Source of the DNA: Macrostomum lignano
Taxonomy: Eukaryota
Direction of reading: 5' to 3'
DNA length: 64,000 nucleotides
Assembly (NCBI GenBank): GCA_002269645.1
Contig: NIVC01002721.1
Span: forward strand, 62,001-126,000
The notes under the pieces are model-generated. The model was not told the DNA's origin, did not search any database, and was given only the letters and a program-made list of their open reading frames with translations. Below, piece after piece: positions 1 to 12,403 of the stretch (position 1 is the stretch's first letter; every line of letters begins with the position of its first letter). The translations under genes were made by a program, and so were the position numbers.

Positions 1-1390
1 CTCAATCTCCCCACAATCTCCCTCAATCTCTCTCAATCTCCCTCAATCTCCCTCAATCTCTCTCAATCTCCCTCAATCTCTCTCAATCTCTCTCAATCTC
101 CCTCAATCTCTCTCAATCTCCCTCAATCTCCCCACAATCTCCCTCAATCTCTCTCAATCTCCCTCAATCTCCCTCAATCTCTCTCAATCTCCCTCAATCT
201 CTCTCAATCTCCCTCAATCTCTCTCAATCTCTCTCAATCTCCCTCAATCTCTCTCAATCTCCCTCAATCTCTCTCAATCTCCCTCAATCTCTCTCAATCT
301 CCCTCAATCTCTCTCAATCTCCCTCAATCTCCTTCAATCTCCCCTCAATCTCTCTCAATCTCCCTACAATCTCCCTCAATCTCTCTCAATCTCCCTCAAT
401 CTCTCTCAATCTCCCCTCAATCTCCCCTAAACCTCTATCAATCTCACCCTCAATCCCCCCAAATCTCTCTCAATCTCTCTCAATCTCCCTCAATCTCCCT
501 CAATCTCCCCTCAATCTCTTTCAATCTCCCTCAATCTCCCTCAATCTCCCTCAATCTCCCTCAATCTCTCTCAATCTCCCCTCAATCTCCCTCAATCTCC
601 CTCAATCTCCCCTCAATCTCTCTCAATCTCTCTCAATCTCTCTCAATCTCCCTCAATCTCCCTCAATCTCCCTCAATCTCCCTCAATCTCCCCTCAATCT
701 CTCTCAATCTCCCTCAATCTCCCTCAATCTCCCTCAATCTACCCTAATTCTCTCTCAATCTCCTTCAATCTCCCTCAATCTCCCCTCAATCTCTTTCAAT
801 CTCCCTAAATCTCCCTCAATCTCTCTCAATCTCCCTCAATCTCCCTCAATCTCTCTCAATCTCCCTCAATCTCCTTCAATCTCCCCTCAATCTCTCTCAA
901 TCTCTCTCAATCTCCCTCAATCTCCCTCAATCTCTCTCAATCTCTCTCATTCTCTCTCAATCTCCTTCAATCTCCCTCAATCTCCCCTCAATCTCTTTCA
1001 ATCTCCCTCAATCTCCCCTCAATCTCTCTCAATCTCCTTCAATCTCCCTCAATCTCCCTCAATCTCCCCTCAATCTCTCTCAATCTCCTTCAATCTCCCT
1101 CAATCTCCCTCAATCTCTCTCAATCTCCCTCAATCTCCCTCAATCTCTCTCAATCTCCCTCAATCTCTCTCAATCTCTCTCAATCCCCCTCAATCTCTCT
1201 CAATCTCCCTCAATCTCCCCTCAATCTCTCTCAATCTCCTTCAATCTCCCTCAATCTCCCCTCAATCTCTCTCAATCTCCCTCAATATCCCTCAATCTCT
1301 CTCAATCTCCCTCAATCTCTCTCAATCTCCCCTCAATCTCCCCTAAACCTCTATCAATCTCACCCTCAATCCCCCCTAATTTCTTTAAAT
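1..1390. repeat. 10-bp tandem repeat (CTCAATCTCY)n inside an intron of the HPS5/TECPR2-like gene
   Basis: Continuous ctcaatctcc/ctcaatctct units, beginning shortly after the minus-strand donor at 1460. Confidence 0.95.
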
Positions 1391-1460
1391 CTCTCTAAAT
1401 CTCCCCCAATCTCTCTTTAATCTCCCACTGAATTCCCGCAACCCCAGCAGCACCCCCTAC

Positions 1461-2235
1461 CGAGTCGGCCATAGAAGTAGACGACACCATTCCATCGGAG
1501 TCGCCAGAGAACAGACAGCCGGCAGTCCAGGCCATACAGGTGATTTCTCTACCGGCGTGCATCCGATTAATCCTGACCCGATCTGCCCAGCACCTGCGCT
1601 GGGTGCTGTGCAATTCGTACACCTCAACGTGGCCGTTGCTAAGGGCGCAGGCTAGATAGCGATCGTTAGGAGACAGAGCCAACAGGCGGGCCACGCCGTT
1701 ATTATTGAGACTGAAGTGCAGTCGCAGCTGCAGACTGGCGGAACCAAACGGGGAGGTGAGAATTCGAACTACTCCGGAATTTGAGCACAGGGCCAGCGAG
1801 CCGCCGCTGGTCAGAGATATCGCTGTGGTCTGCGGAGGGTGGAGTGCCGCGTTCTGTCAGACACATCGCTGTTGCGAGGTCAGTAAAGCGAGTAAAAAAA
1901 AGGAAGAAAAATGGAGACAAGGGAGAGGAAGACAGTCGTGGGGGAGACAAAGGTGAGGGAGACGGATGAGAGGGAGACAGGGGTGAGGGAGACAGGGTGA
2001 GGAAGACAGGGGTGAGGGAGGCAGGGATGAGGGAGACAATTCTCAAATAAAAACAAACTAATTTGGCTCAACTCACCGTATTCCGCTGCGACAGCTTGGC
2101 AACGCTTTGAATTTTCTCATCGATTTGTTCGGCAAAGACCTGGCAGACGGCGGATGAGGTGGCCGCTTCTGGTGGAGCAGAGGCGGTGCCATCAGCCGCA
2201 GACAGCTGCCCTGATGCAGAGGCCTCCGAGGCCAT
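1461..2235 (-). CDS. HPS5/TECPR2-family N-terminal WD40 beta-propeller protein, first two coding exons (gene continues beyond the window start)
   Basis: Exon 1 2235-2077 (MASEASASG...SQRNT, donor gtgagt); exon 2 1853-1461 (acceptor tgacag, donor gtaggg), both phase 0. Exon 2 reads TTAISLTSGGSLALCSNSGVVRIL...RYLACALSNGHVEVYEL...HAGREITCMAWTAGCLFSGDSDGMV, which resembles the HPS5/TECPR2 N-terminus. I cannot tell the two families apart by eye. Confidence 0.7.
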
Positions 2236-2399
2236 TCGCAGTAATCTTATTTAAACTGACTAGCTGGACTCAGTGCCAGTGAGTTGGACTCTGCAAATCG
2301 CGATTTCAAAGAGCAGTAAACAGAGAAATCACACTCCCCTCACTCTAGTAAGGGAGTCATGCATCAAGTTTTTTTCCACAGGGTTTGTCAATGTGTAGT

Positions 2400-3460
2400 G
2401 AGTCAGTAGGTCAGCAGCAGTTGTCAGTCAGTTCGTCAGTAGTTCAGTGGTTCGGTAGGTCAGTGGGTCACTATAGATCAGTGGGTCAGCATAGGTCAGT
2501 GGGTGAATATAGGTCTGTGGGTCAGTATAGGTCAGTGGGTCAGTATAGGTCAGTGGGTCAGCATAGGTCAGTGGGTGAATATAGGTCTGTGGGTCAGTAT
2601 AGGTCAGTGGGTCAGTATAGGTCAGTGGGTCAGTATAGATCAGTGGGTCAGCATAGGTCAGTGGGTGAATATAGGTCTGTGGGTCAGTATAGGTCAGTGG
2701 GTCAGTATAGGTCAGTGGGTCAGTATAGGTCAGTGGGTCAATATAGGTCTGTGGGTCAGTATAGGTCAGTGGGTCAGTATAGGTCAGTGGGTCAGTATAG
2801 GTCAGTGGGTCAATATAGGTCTGTGGGTCAGTATAGGTCTGTGGGTCAGTATAGGTGAGTGGGTCAGTAAAGGTCAGTAGGTCAATGGGTCAGTATAGGT
2901 CAGTGGGTCAGTATAGGTCAGTGGGTCAATATAGGTCTGTGGGTCAGTATAGGTCAGTGGGTCAGTAGGTCAATGGATCCGTAGGTCAGTGGGTCAGTGG
3001 GTCAGTATAGGTCAGTAGTTTAATGGGTCAGTATAGGTGAGTGGGTCAGTATAGGTCAGTAGGTCAGTGGGTCAGTATAGGTCAGTAGTTCAATGGGTCA
3101 GTATAGGTGAGTGGGTCAGTATAGGTGAGTGGGTCAGTATAGGTCAGTAGGTCAATGGGTCAGTATAGGTCAGTGGGTCAATATAGGTCTGTGGGTCAGT
3201 ATAGGTCAGTGGGTCAGTAGATCAATGGATCCGTAGGTCAGTGGGTCAGTGGGTCAGTATAGGTCAGTAGTTTAATGGGTCAGTATAGGTGAGTGGGTCA
3301 GTATAGGTCAGTAGGTCAGTGGGTCAGTATAGGTCAGTAGTTCAATGGGTCAGTATAGGGGAGTGGGTCTGTATAGGTGAGTGGGTCAGTATAGGTCAGT
3401 AGGTCAATGGGTCAGTATAGGTCAGTGGGTCAGTAGTTCAGTGAGTCAGTCAGTAGGTTA
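2400..3460. repeat. 18-bp minisatellite (GGTCAGTGGGTCAGTATA)n
   Basis: Direct tandem units; they explain the spurious SVGQYR and WVSIGQ ORFs. Confidence 0.95.
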
Positions 3461-3834
3461 CAGAGTAGTGAATCAACAGGTCTGTCAGTGAGTTTATCAA
3501 TCAGTTAGTAAACTTATAATACATTTTTAAAAACGTTCTCAATAAAATTGATTCAAGTAAACCAAAGCCAATTATGCCATTATTGAAGAAGCAACAGGTT
3601 GATTGATGCGGTAAACCCTCTGGTGTACTTTTCTATATCGAAATTTTGTACTTTGCACTTTATTAATTATTTTCAGTTGACAATAAAAACACACGATTAC
3701 ACAGCAGACCCTGACAAACGAACGATGGGAAGATTTATTAAATGAATATTTAATAACACAAACTGCTCAAATTCGTAAGCTCATATAGTTCCGTTCAAAG
3801 TTTCCTCCAAAAATTTTCGGCTCTTTCTATTTGC

Positions 3835-5030
3835 CTCTTGTCTCTCTCACTCTACCGTCACTTATCTTTCACTCTACCCTCACTTATCTCTCACTCTACC
3901 CTCACTTATCTCTCACTCTACCCTCACTTATCTCTCTCTCTACCGTCACTCATCTCTCACTCTACCCTCACTTATCGCTCACTCTACCCCTCTCATCTCT
4001 CACTCTACCGTCACTTATTTCTCACTCTACTCTCACTCATCTCTCACTCTACCCTCACTTATCTCTCACTCTACCCTCACTCATCTCTCACTCTACCGTC
4101 ACTTATCTCTCACTCTACCGTCACTTATTTCTCACTCTACTCTCACTCTACCCTCACTTATCTCTCACTCTACCCCTCTCATCTCTCACTCTACCCTCAC
4201 TTATCTCTCACTCTACCCCTCTCATCTCTCACTCTACCCTCACTTATCTCTCACTCTACCCCTCTCATCTCTCAGTCTACCCTCACTTATCTCTCACTCT
4301 ACTCTCACTCATCTCTCACTCTACCCTCACTTATCTCTCACTCTACCCTCACTTATCTCTCACTCTACCCCTCTCATCTCTCACTCTACCCTCACTTATC
4401 TCTCACTCTACCCCTCTTATCTCTCAGTCTACCCTCACTTATCTCTCACTCTACTCTCACTCATCTCTCACTCTACCCCTCTCATCTCTCACTCTACCCT
4501 CACTTATCTCTCACTCTACCCCTCTCATCTCTCACTCTACCCTCACTTATCTCTCACTCTACCCTCACTCATCTCTCACTCTACTCTCACTCATCTCTCA
4601 CTCTACCCTCACTTATCTCTCACTCTACCCTCACTTATCTCTCACTCTACCCCTCTCATCTCTCACTCTACCCTCACTTATCTCTCAGTCTACCCTCACT
4701 TATCTCTCACTCTACTCTCACTCATCTCTCACTCTACCCTCACTTATCTCTCACTCTACCCTCACTTATCTCTCACTCTACCCCTCTCATCTCTCACTCT
4801 ACCCTCACTTATCTCTCACTCTACCCTCACTTATCTCTCACTCTACCGTCACTTATCTCTCACTCTACCCCTCTCATCTCTCACTCTACCCTCACTTATC
4901 TCTCACTCTACCCCTCTCATCTCTCAGTCTACCCTCACTTATCTCTCACTCTACTCTCACTCATCTCTCACTCTACCCTCACTTATCTCTCACTCTACCC
5001 TCTCTTATCTCTCACTCTACCCTCACTTAT
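3835..5030. repeat. ~22-bp pyrimidine-rich minisatellite (CTCTCACTCTACCCTCACTTAT)n
   Basis: Direct tandem units with variants; they explain the 410-aa and 402-aa low-complexity ORFs. Confidence 0.95.
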
Positions 5031-5202
5031 CAAATTTCTGAATTAACCAAACTACAAAACTGAATAGCGATGGAATTGGAATCAGATGGGATAATATATA
5101 TATATGATGCTGTGTTATATAGGGAAAAGTACAAAAAGTACTTCTAGAACTTTAATAGAAATTAAAAATAGAAGACCACCAATGCTTACACGGCGACATA
5201 AA

Positions 5203-7444
5203 TTAAGTCTCCATACCGTCTTCAAGATTGAGCACAAAAGTGACGGGTTTCATGCCACTCTGAGCACTGTCAGTAACATTTAGCACTGTATTAGAAATCA
5301 GGCCTAATTCTGCCAGAGATTTGTCTAAATTGTCAGCTAATTGATCGCGCAGAAATGACAAGTCCATGTATAGGGTGACATCGCGACCTTCAACGCAAGC
5401 GGTGAGGCTCGGCCGTGTCATACCGTGCTCCGACTTCAACTGGTTGATGACGGTATGCAGCGAGTCCCGACTATTGAACGTCAGAGGCTTGGGCGGAGGC
5501 TGGCCGCACACGTCGCACTGGGGATTCCGCTCCAACGGCACAACATTCACGGCTACGCCTTCGATGTCGCTGAAGTTAGCGAAGTTGTTCAACAGCGGGT
5601 AGCAGCCGGTGATGGCTTTGAATACTTCGGTGACGCACTGGGCGCTGATGACAGCGTTGGTGGATGCCACGGCTGGAATGATGTGCTTCACTACGCCCTG
5701 AGTCAGCCGGAAATCCGGTTCCCGGATGCCGAATTGTCTGGCACGTTTGCAGGCCTCCGTGCGAATCCAGTCCACGTGGTGTGGGTCGTCTCCGTCTACG
5801 GGCACCTGGGGGTGGGCAATTTAGTGATCAGTGGGGTGGGGAATTTAGTGATCAGTGGGGTGGGCAATTTAGTGATCAGTGGGGTGGGCAATTTAGTGAT
5901 CAGTGGGGTGGGGAATTTAGTGATCAGTGGGGTGGGCAATTTAGTGATCAGTGGGGTGGGCAATTTAGTGATCAGTGGGGTGGGGAATTTAGTGATCAGT
6001 GGTGTGGGGAATTTAGTGATCAGTGGGGTGGGCAATTTGGTGATCAGTGGGGTGGGGAATTTAGTGATCAGTGGTGTCGGGAATTTAGTGATCAGTGGTG
6101 TGGGGAATTTAGTGATCAGTGGGGTTGGGAATTTAGTGATCAGGTAGAGTGGGGGAATTTAGTGATCAATGGGGTGGGGAATTTAGTGATCAGGTAGAGT
6201 GGGGGAATTTAGTGATCAGGTAGAGTGGGGGAATTTAGTGATCAATGGGGTGGGGAATTTGGAATTTAGTGATCAGGTTGAGTGAATTTAGTGATCAGGT
6301 TAAGTGGGGAATTTAGAGTGATCAGGTTAAGTGGGGAATTTAGAGTGATCAGGTTAAGTGGGGAATTTAGAGTGATCAGGTTAAGTGGGGAATTTAGAGT
6401 GATCAGGTTAAGTGGGGAATTTAGAGTGATCAGGTTAAGTGGGGAATTTAGAGTGATCAGGTTAAGTGGGGAATTTAGAGTGATCAGGTTGAGTGGAAAA
6501 TTTAGTTATCAGGTTGAGTGGGGAATTTAGTTATCAGGTTGAGTGGGGAATTTAGTGATCAGATAGAGTGGGGAATTTAGTGATCAGATAGAGTGGGGAA
6601 TTTAGTGATCAGATAGAGTGGGGAATTTAGTGATCAGATAGAGTGGGGAATTTAGAGTGATCGGTGAAGTGGGGAATTTAGAGTGATCGGTGAAGTGGGG
6701 AATTTAGTGATCAGGTTGAGTGGGGAATTTAGTGATCAGATAGAGTGGGGAATTTAGAGTGATCGGTGAAGGGGGAATTTAGAGTGATCGGTGAAGTGGG
6801 GAATTTAGAGTGATCGGTGAAGTGGGGAATTTAGTGATCACATAGATTGAGGAGTTTATTGAAAAAGAGTCGGGAATCTAGAGAACCATAGTGGGGAAAT
6901 TTAATGAGTTGATGAAGGGGGAATTTAGAGAGGTAAAGTGTGGGAATTCGGTGGAGTAGAGTAGGAAATGTAGTAAGTAAGCTACAGAGAAATTGAAAAG
7001 TTAGAATAGCTTAGTAACTTCATAATTGGAACGGGGTATTTAGAGAGCTGCAAATGCAGAGCAATTGTATTTACATGTAATATACTTTTCATTCCGTTAT
7101 CATTACCTCTTCGCCGAACGGCCACTCCTGGGGCCACTGCATAATCCTGGCGAACTCGATGCAGTGCTCTGGCAGCCGGGGAGTGTGGGCCAGAGTGCAC
7201 AGAGGGAACCCCTGCTGGGTGCTGCTATAGAGGTCGGCTGTGCACTCCAGACACGGGGTGGCGTGGGCTCGGACCACCCGGCAGTGGCCCTGAAATCCTT
7301 GGGTGCCGCCGTCGATCAGGGGGATGACGCTGGTCGGAATCGGCTGATCAGACTCGTCAAATTGAACCAGGGAGCAGACTATCTGGTTGAGGCGGCGCCT
7401 GCGAGGATTGAGATTCGGCTACTCTTGTACCTGGATACAGACAA

Positions 7445-7475
<31 letters not shown>

Positions 7476-7544
7476 GACAGACACAGACAGACAGACAGGC
7501 AGACAGACAGGCAGGCAGACACACAGACAGACAGACAGACAGAC

Positions 7545-7585
<41 letters not shown>

Positions 7586-8034
7586 CAGTCCCGCTCGCAC
7601 CTGGCCTGCACGCTGTCCAGGCCGCACACGATGCACATGAACTGCTTGTAGAACTCCAACGGTTTGTCCTCCAGTTTGCCAAAGTGCGGCGTCACCCGGC
7701 AGCCGGAGACGCGGCGTTCAACAAATTCCGCAGCAACGACGGCCTTCGGCCTGCCGATGTCTTTGGGGCGGAACAGAAACTGGCGATTCAGATTGGACAG
7801 ATCGATGGTGTCCATGTCGATCAGGTGCAGATTGACAAAGCCGCTCAGGGCGAGGTCTTTTAGCATCTCGCAGCCGAGACCGCCAGCCCCGACTACCAAT
7901 ATCTGGACAAGATCCGAGCGAATCGCTGAGAATAGCTCAGGATCGGGTTCGAACTCAGGACCGCCCAAGGGCCCGGCCCGCTCTAATAGCCGACGCACGT
8001 GGCGCCAACGATTGTCTGTGCCCGGCGAGCTCTG
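5203..8034 (-). CDS. UBA3: NEDD8-activating enzyme E1 catalytic subunit
   Basis: Exons 8034 (or 8031)-7601, 7398-7107 and 5805-5203, with consistent phases. Motifs: [59 protein letters not shown], catalytic-Cys region [24 protein letters not shown] and [16 protein letters not shown]. No in-frame ATG was found in the first visible exon. Confidence 0.95.
5806..6850. repeat. 24-bp minisatellite (TTAGTGATCAGTGGGGTGGGGAAT)n and derived variants, filling a UBA3 intron
   Basis: Tandem units run right up to the 3' splice site at 5806. Confidence 0.95.
7440..7590. repeat. (GACA)n microsatellite in a UBA3 intron
   Basis: agacagacag run between the donor at 7600 and the acceptor at 7399. Confidence 0.95.
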
Positions 8035-8399
8035 CTGTTGGAATAAATTCGTTTAGCGATTTTCAAAACTACTGCTACTAAAGATACTACTACCTTAATA
8101 ATTGGGTAAAACTATTGGAAAACTACACGAGAAAACCACCGCATTGATTAAAAATCCAGGGCCTAAGCAAACTAGCACTAGAGTGTGTAGTATATGCTGC
8201 ACAAGTATCGCACAATTCATCGATAAGAGCCAAGAATATAAGATAAGAATAAGTTTGCTGTCGTGCCGTTGCAGCATTTGACCGATTTATATCCAAGCAC
8301 CTGCGAAGTACTGCACTTGCTTTGCGTTTAACCAACTCTTCCAGAAACCCTAAGCAAGAAATCAATTCTTTTTTTCTGAAGAAAAAGCAATCCGAAACA

Positions 8400-9907
8400 A
8401 TGCGAGGCCTAATATTTCTAACCGCTGACAATTCTTTGAAGTTGAAGAACGATCTGCAAGATCCAAAGCCGAACAGCGAAGAGGTCGTAGTACGGGTTAG
8501 CCATTGCGGAGTATGCGGTACAGACCTGCACATCATGCAAGGTCACTTTCCCGTGGCTGTGGAGACTCAACTAGTCCTGGGCCACGAGTTCACCGGCTGG
8601 CTGCAGGAAGCGAATACCGATAGCAAGAAAAATCAAGACGGAAACTTCGGCACTCCTGTGTTTGTCAATCCGAATGGTCGGTGCGGCTACTGCATCGGTT
8701 GCCAAGAGGTTTGTTTCACTTAGCAACACAGTGAAATAATAAATATTCGGACAAAAGCTGCGGGCACCCTGACGCAAGGTCTTTGGAGACATCGTCTCAC
8801 AACCAGAGTTGACGGCAATTTTGTCCATTTCGCTGACTCCTCAGCACAAACAAGCGCACCAATATACTGTACGCAAGCACGCACTCACACACGCTCACAC
8901 AGGGGTGGACAGCGGCCCTCTGACTTTCGAATCGTCAGGCACGACACCCACGGTGCGTTAAAAGTTGGCCCTCACTGGTGTCAATCGCACGACAACCACT
9001 CAACCAACTTGGTTGCACACGGAATCGAACCAGGGGTCGTTTTGCTCGAGTCAGACGGGTTTACCGCTGAGCTGCTCTGCCCCTAGCAACAGGCATTGCA
9101 TAAACCAGCCTTAATGAATTTTTCCGTGAAAAAACACTCGATCAAAACACCCTATTAGGGGCGAGTGCACTTCTGCGGCTACCGAGCTATGGGTGCCGCT
9201 TCAGTGGGCGTCGGTCGAGACGGCGGCTGGGCGGAGTTCGTGGCGGTGCCAGCCAATCAGGTTCACCGAATGCCTAAAGATCTGCCGATGTCAACTGGAA
9301 TTCTGGTTGAGCCAATCAGCTGCGTACTACACGGCTACGATCGGCTGTTCACCGCTGGAGCAGCCAAGCAGCTGGACCCAACTGACTCTGTGCTCATTCT
9401 GGGTGCTGGCATCATCGGCCTGCTCTGGGCCTGCCTGCTGCACCAGCGTGGCTACCGGACCATCCACATCAGCGACATCTCTCCGGAGCGACGCCAGGTC
9501 GTTACTAACATGAAATTAAACGGCATGTCGCCTAAACAACCAACCGAGCTGCTTAGCAACACCTACCAGCTGATCGTGGACTGCACCGGAGTGCCAAAGG
9601 CGCTCGAGTCGGCCTATAAAAGCCTGTCTAGCGGTGGCATCCTGTGTGTGTTCGGATGCGCACCAGAGGGAGTCAAGCTGAACCTGCCGTATTATGACCT
9701 GGTCAACGAGAGATCACCGTTGTGTTTTGTCGCGTTAATCCGTTCACAAGCGACCGAGCTATCGACCTGACGCGTCGTTTACATCTGGACGGCTACCTGG
9801 ACTTGGACCGGCTGGGCATTAAGGTATTCGGACTCGACCAGCATCAGCAAGCCTTTGAAATGCTGAACAATCGTCAGGCACCTAAGGTTGCTTTCCGGCT
9901 AAACTGA
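8400..9907 (+). CDS. Zinc-dependent medium-chain dehydrogenase (sorbitol/polyol dehydrogenase-like), copy 1, with one 1-nt frameshift
   Basis: Exons 8400-8708 and 9159-9907. Motifs: CGVCGTDLH, LGHE, structural Zn CGYCIGCQE|GRVHFC and GAGIIG. A 1-nt deletion near 9706 relative to copy 2 (gtcaacgag vs gtcaaccgag) shifts the C-terminus into the 9722-9907 frame. Confidence 0.85.
8729..9083 (-). mobile_element. tRNA-derived SINE inside the intron of dehydrogenase copy 1
   Basis: The minus strand starts GGGGCAGAGCAGCTCAGCGG (A box) ... GGTTCGATTCC (B box) and has an AT-rich tail. It is flanked by the 8-bp direct repeat TAGCAACA (8721-8728 and 9084-9091). Confidence 0.8.
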
Positions 9908-10581
9908 GCGAGGGCAAAACAGAAGTGACTGTGTTATTAGTTTATTCTTTTAAAACGGTTGCATGCTAACTATTGATGACAATATTCAGACTAAAGCCGT
10001 TTAAGAATACAAAGTTCGAATTGGAGAAGGAAACTGTCTTTTATTTTTTGATTGTAGGGATGTACGGATAATTAGGTTCGTTTTTATCGTTCTGTAGCTT
10101 TTCCATTGTCAAAGAGCAAGCACAATTGTGATCTATTAGGAACAATATAGCACCTACGTACACCATCGAAACAGGCAATGCTAAAAGTGGCCTTAAAAGC
10201 TCGCGTAACGTGAAAATTTAAGGCTAGCATCAAAGCGGTAAGATTCTACTATGAGGCAAAAGTAAAACATGTTGACAGAATTTCAGCTGACCCAAGCACA
10301 GTACATGAAAGGTAGATAGCATTACCTGCAAGCATTGCCTAACGAATTTGATACAACTCTAGACTAGCCATGAAGCGTTTAAAAAAGAGCGCAGCGTAAC
10401 CTTGTTACCAAATCAAACCACTGATAAGAGGACGCAAACAGATAAGAAGGTAACCATTTCTTGTTTCGTAGGCTGTATTTAATCGCACAGAAGACACGCC
10501 TCTCTAAGCAGAATTTACCTGGTATTTTGCTAGTTTCAATGCTAAGACAATAAGAATCAAGTTTAGCAACTATTTGCAGCT

Positions 10582-11712
10582 ATGCGCGGCCTAGTGTTTG
10601 TAACTAGCAACAGCTCACTACAGCTGCAGGATGATATTCAAGTGCCTAAGCCGACTTCTGAAGAGCTACTAGTACGGGTTAGCCACTGCGGTGTATGCGG
10701 AACAGACCTGCACATCATGCAGGGCCATTTCCCGGTGGCTGCTCGATCTACTCTCGTACTCGGACACGAGTTCACTGGCTGGCTAATTGATGGCGATGGA
10801 AGCCAGCCAAGTAAAGGCAAATCCAACACGCCTGTTTTTGTCAATCCGAACGGACAATGCGGCTACTGCAACGAGTGCCAACGGGTAAAACTTTCATGGA
10901 AGCATTTAATTGACATTTGAAATGCACTATTGGATAGAAAGACAAGTTTTGCATATCATTGCAGGGTCTGGTGCACTTCTGCCCCAGCGTACCTTAGGCG
11001 CTGGAGCTGTAGTCTGGCAAGAGACGGCGGCTGGGCGGAGTTCGTAGCGGTGCCAGCCAATCAGGTTCACCGAATGCCTAAAGATCTGCCGGTGTCAACT
11101 GGAATTCTCGTTGAGCCAATCAGCTGCGTACTACACGGCTACGATCGGCTGTTCACCGCTGGAGCAGCCAAGCAGCTGGACCCAACTGACTCTGTGCTCA
11201 TTCTGGGTGCTGGCATCATCGGTCTGCTTTGGGCCTGCCTGCTGCACCAGCGTGGCTACCGGACCATCCACATCAGCGACATTTCTCCGGAGCGACGCCA
11301 GGCTGTTGAAAACTTGAAACTTGACGGCGTGTTGCCTAGGCAACCAACCGAGCTGCTTAGCAACACCTACCAGCTGATTGTGGACTGCACCGGAGTGCCA
11401 AAGGCGCTCGAGTCGGCCTATAAAAGCCTGTCTAGCGGTGGCATCCTGTGCGTGTTCGGATGCGCCCCGGAGGGAGTCAAACTGAACCTGCCGTATTATG
11501 ACCTGGTCAACCGAGAGATCACCGTTGTGTTTTGTCGCGTTAATCAGTTTGCTAGCGATCGAGCCATCGACCTGACGTACCAGCTGCACCGACAGGGCTA
11601 CCTGGACTTCAACCGGTTGGGCATTCAAGTCTACCCACTCGATCAGCACCAAAAAGCATTCGAAACGTTAGGCAAGCGTCAGGCACCGAAAGTGGCCTTC
11701 CAACTGGACTGA
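10582..11712 (+). CDS. Zinc-dependent medium-chain dehydrogenase, copy 2, with a net 2-nt deficit early in exon 2
   Basis: Exons 10582-10884 and 10965-11712. Motifs: CGVCGTDLH, LGHE, CGYCNECQR|GLVHFC and GAGIIG. The stretch between TTCTGC and AGAGAC is 37 nt versus 39 nt in copy 1, so the frame breaks near 10985-11015. Confidence 0.85.
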
Positions 11713-12403
11713 ACGGACATTTTCATGACAAATTTGACGTTTTGAAAACTTGGTTTATAACCGTAAACTGATAAATTGTTGATGGCGAAAAGAAAGTGGG
11801 AAATTTTTTTCGACTTAGCTCGTATATGCAACGAGATCTATGCCTAGAAATGTCTAGAATTCTAGAAACGCTATGTTTTCTCTCGGTGAGTAGTATGTTT
11901 AATATAGCAATCCTAAAACAACCATTAAATATAAAAAATAAAAAACACAAATTCCTTCACAGCATTACAACATCCCTTGTATTTTTTATGCAACAGATAG
12001 ACAGAAAACAACTGACAATTACTAACGTGCCAATTAGTTATTCAGCCAGAGTAGTCAAAAATGCATATCAACATATCAACAGAATAGAGGCGAGTTTCTG
12101 AACTTATGAGATGTTCTGCAGAATCGAACAGCTTTGAGTAGAAACCATTGTACAGAAACGTGTCCAAAAATATTTCGCTTCATTAACTATAAATGACGAG
12201 TTTTTTATCCAACTCTGAAGTAATCTTAAAGGTGGATGGTTAAGATAAATTGCCTGTTATCAGTGACTACAGTATTTTTCGCTTCCTACTCTTCAAGATC
12301 GCTAAAGTTTATAAGTAATGCGTGATCGACATCAAAAAGCGTAAAAGGCGTCACATCCTTGAGCTAAGACAATGCAAGACGAGATAGTCAACTCAAGTAT
12401 TGC

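Noticed and set aside
2385-5063. Long ORFs of 125-410 aa
   Set aside because: They are translations of 18-bp and 22-bp minisatellites with no domain content.
5366-7863. Plus-strand ORFs overlapping UBA3, and similar antisense ORFs over ESF1, the F-box genes and the calpains
   Set aside because: They are antisense shadows of GC-rich coding sequence with no independent motifs.
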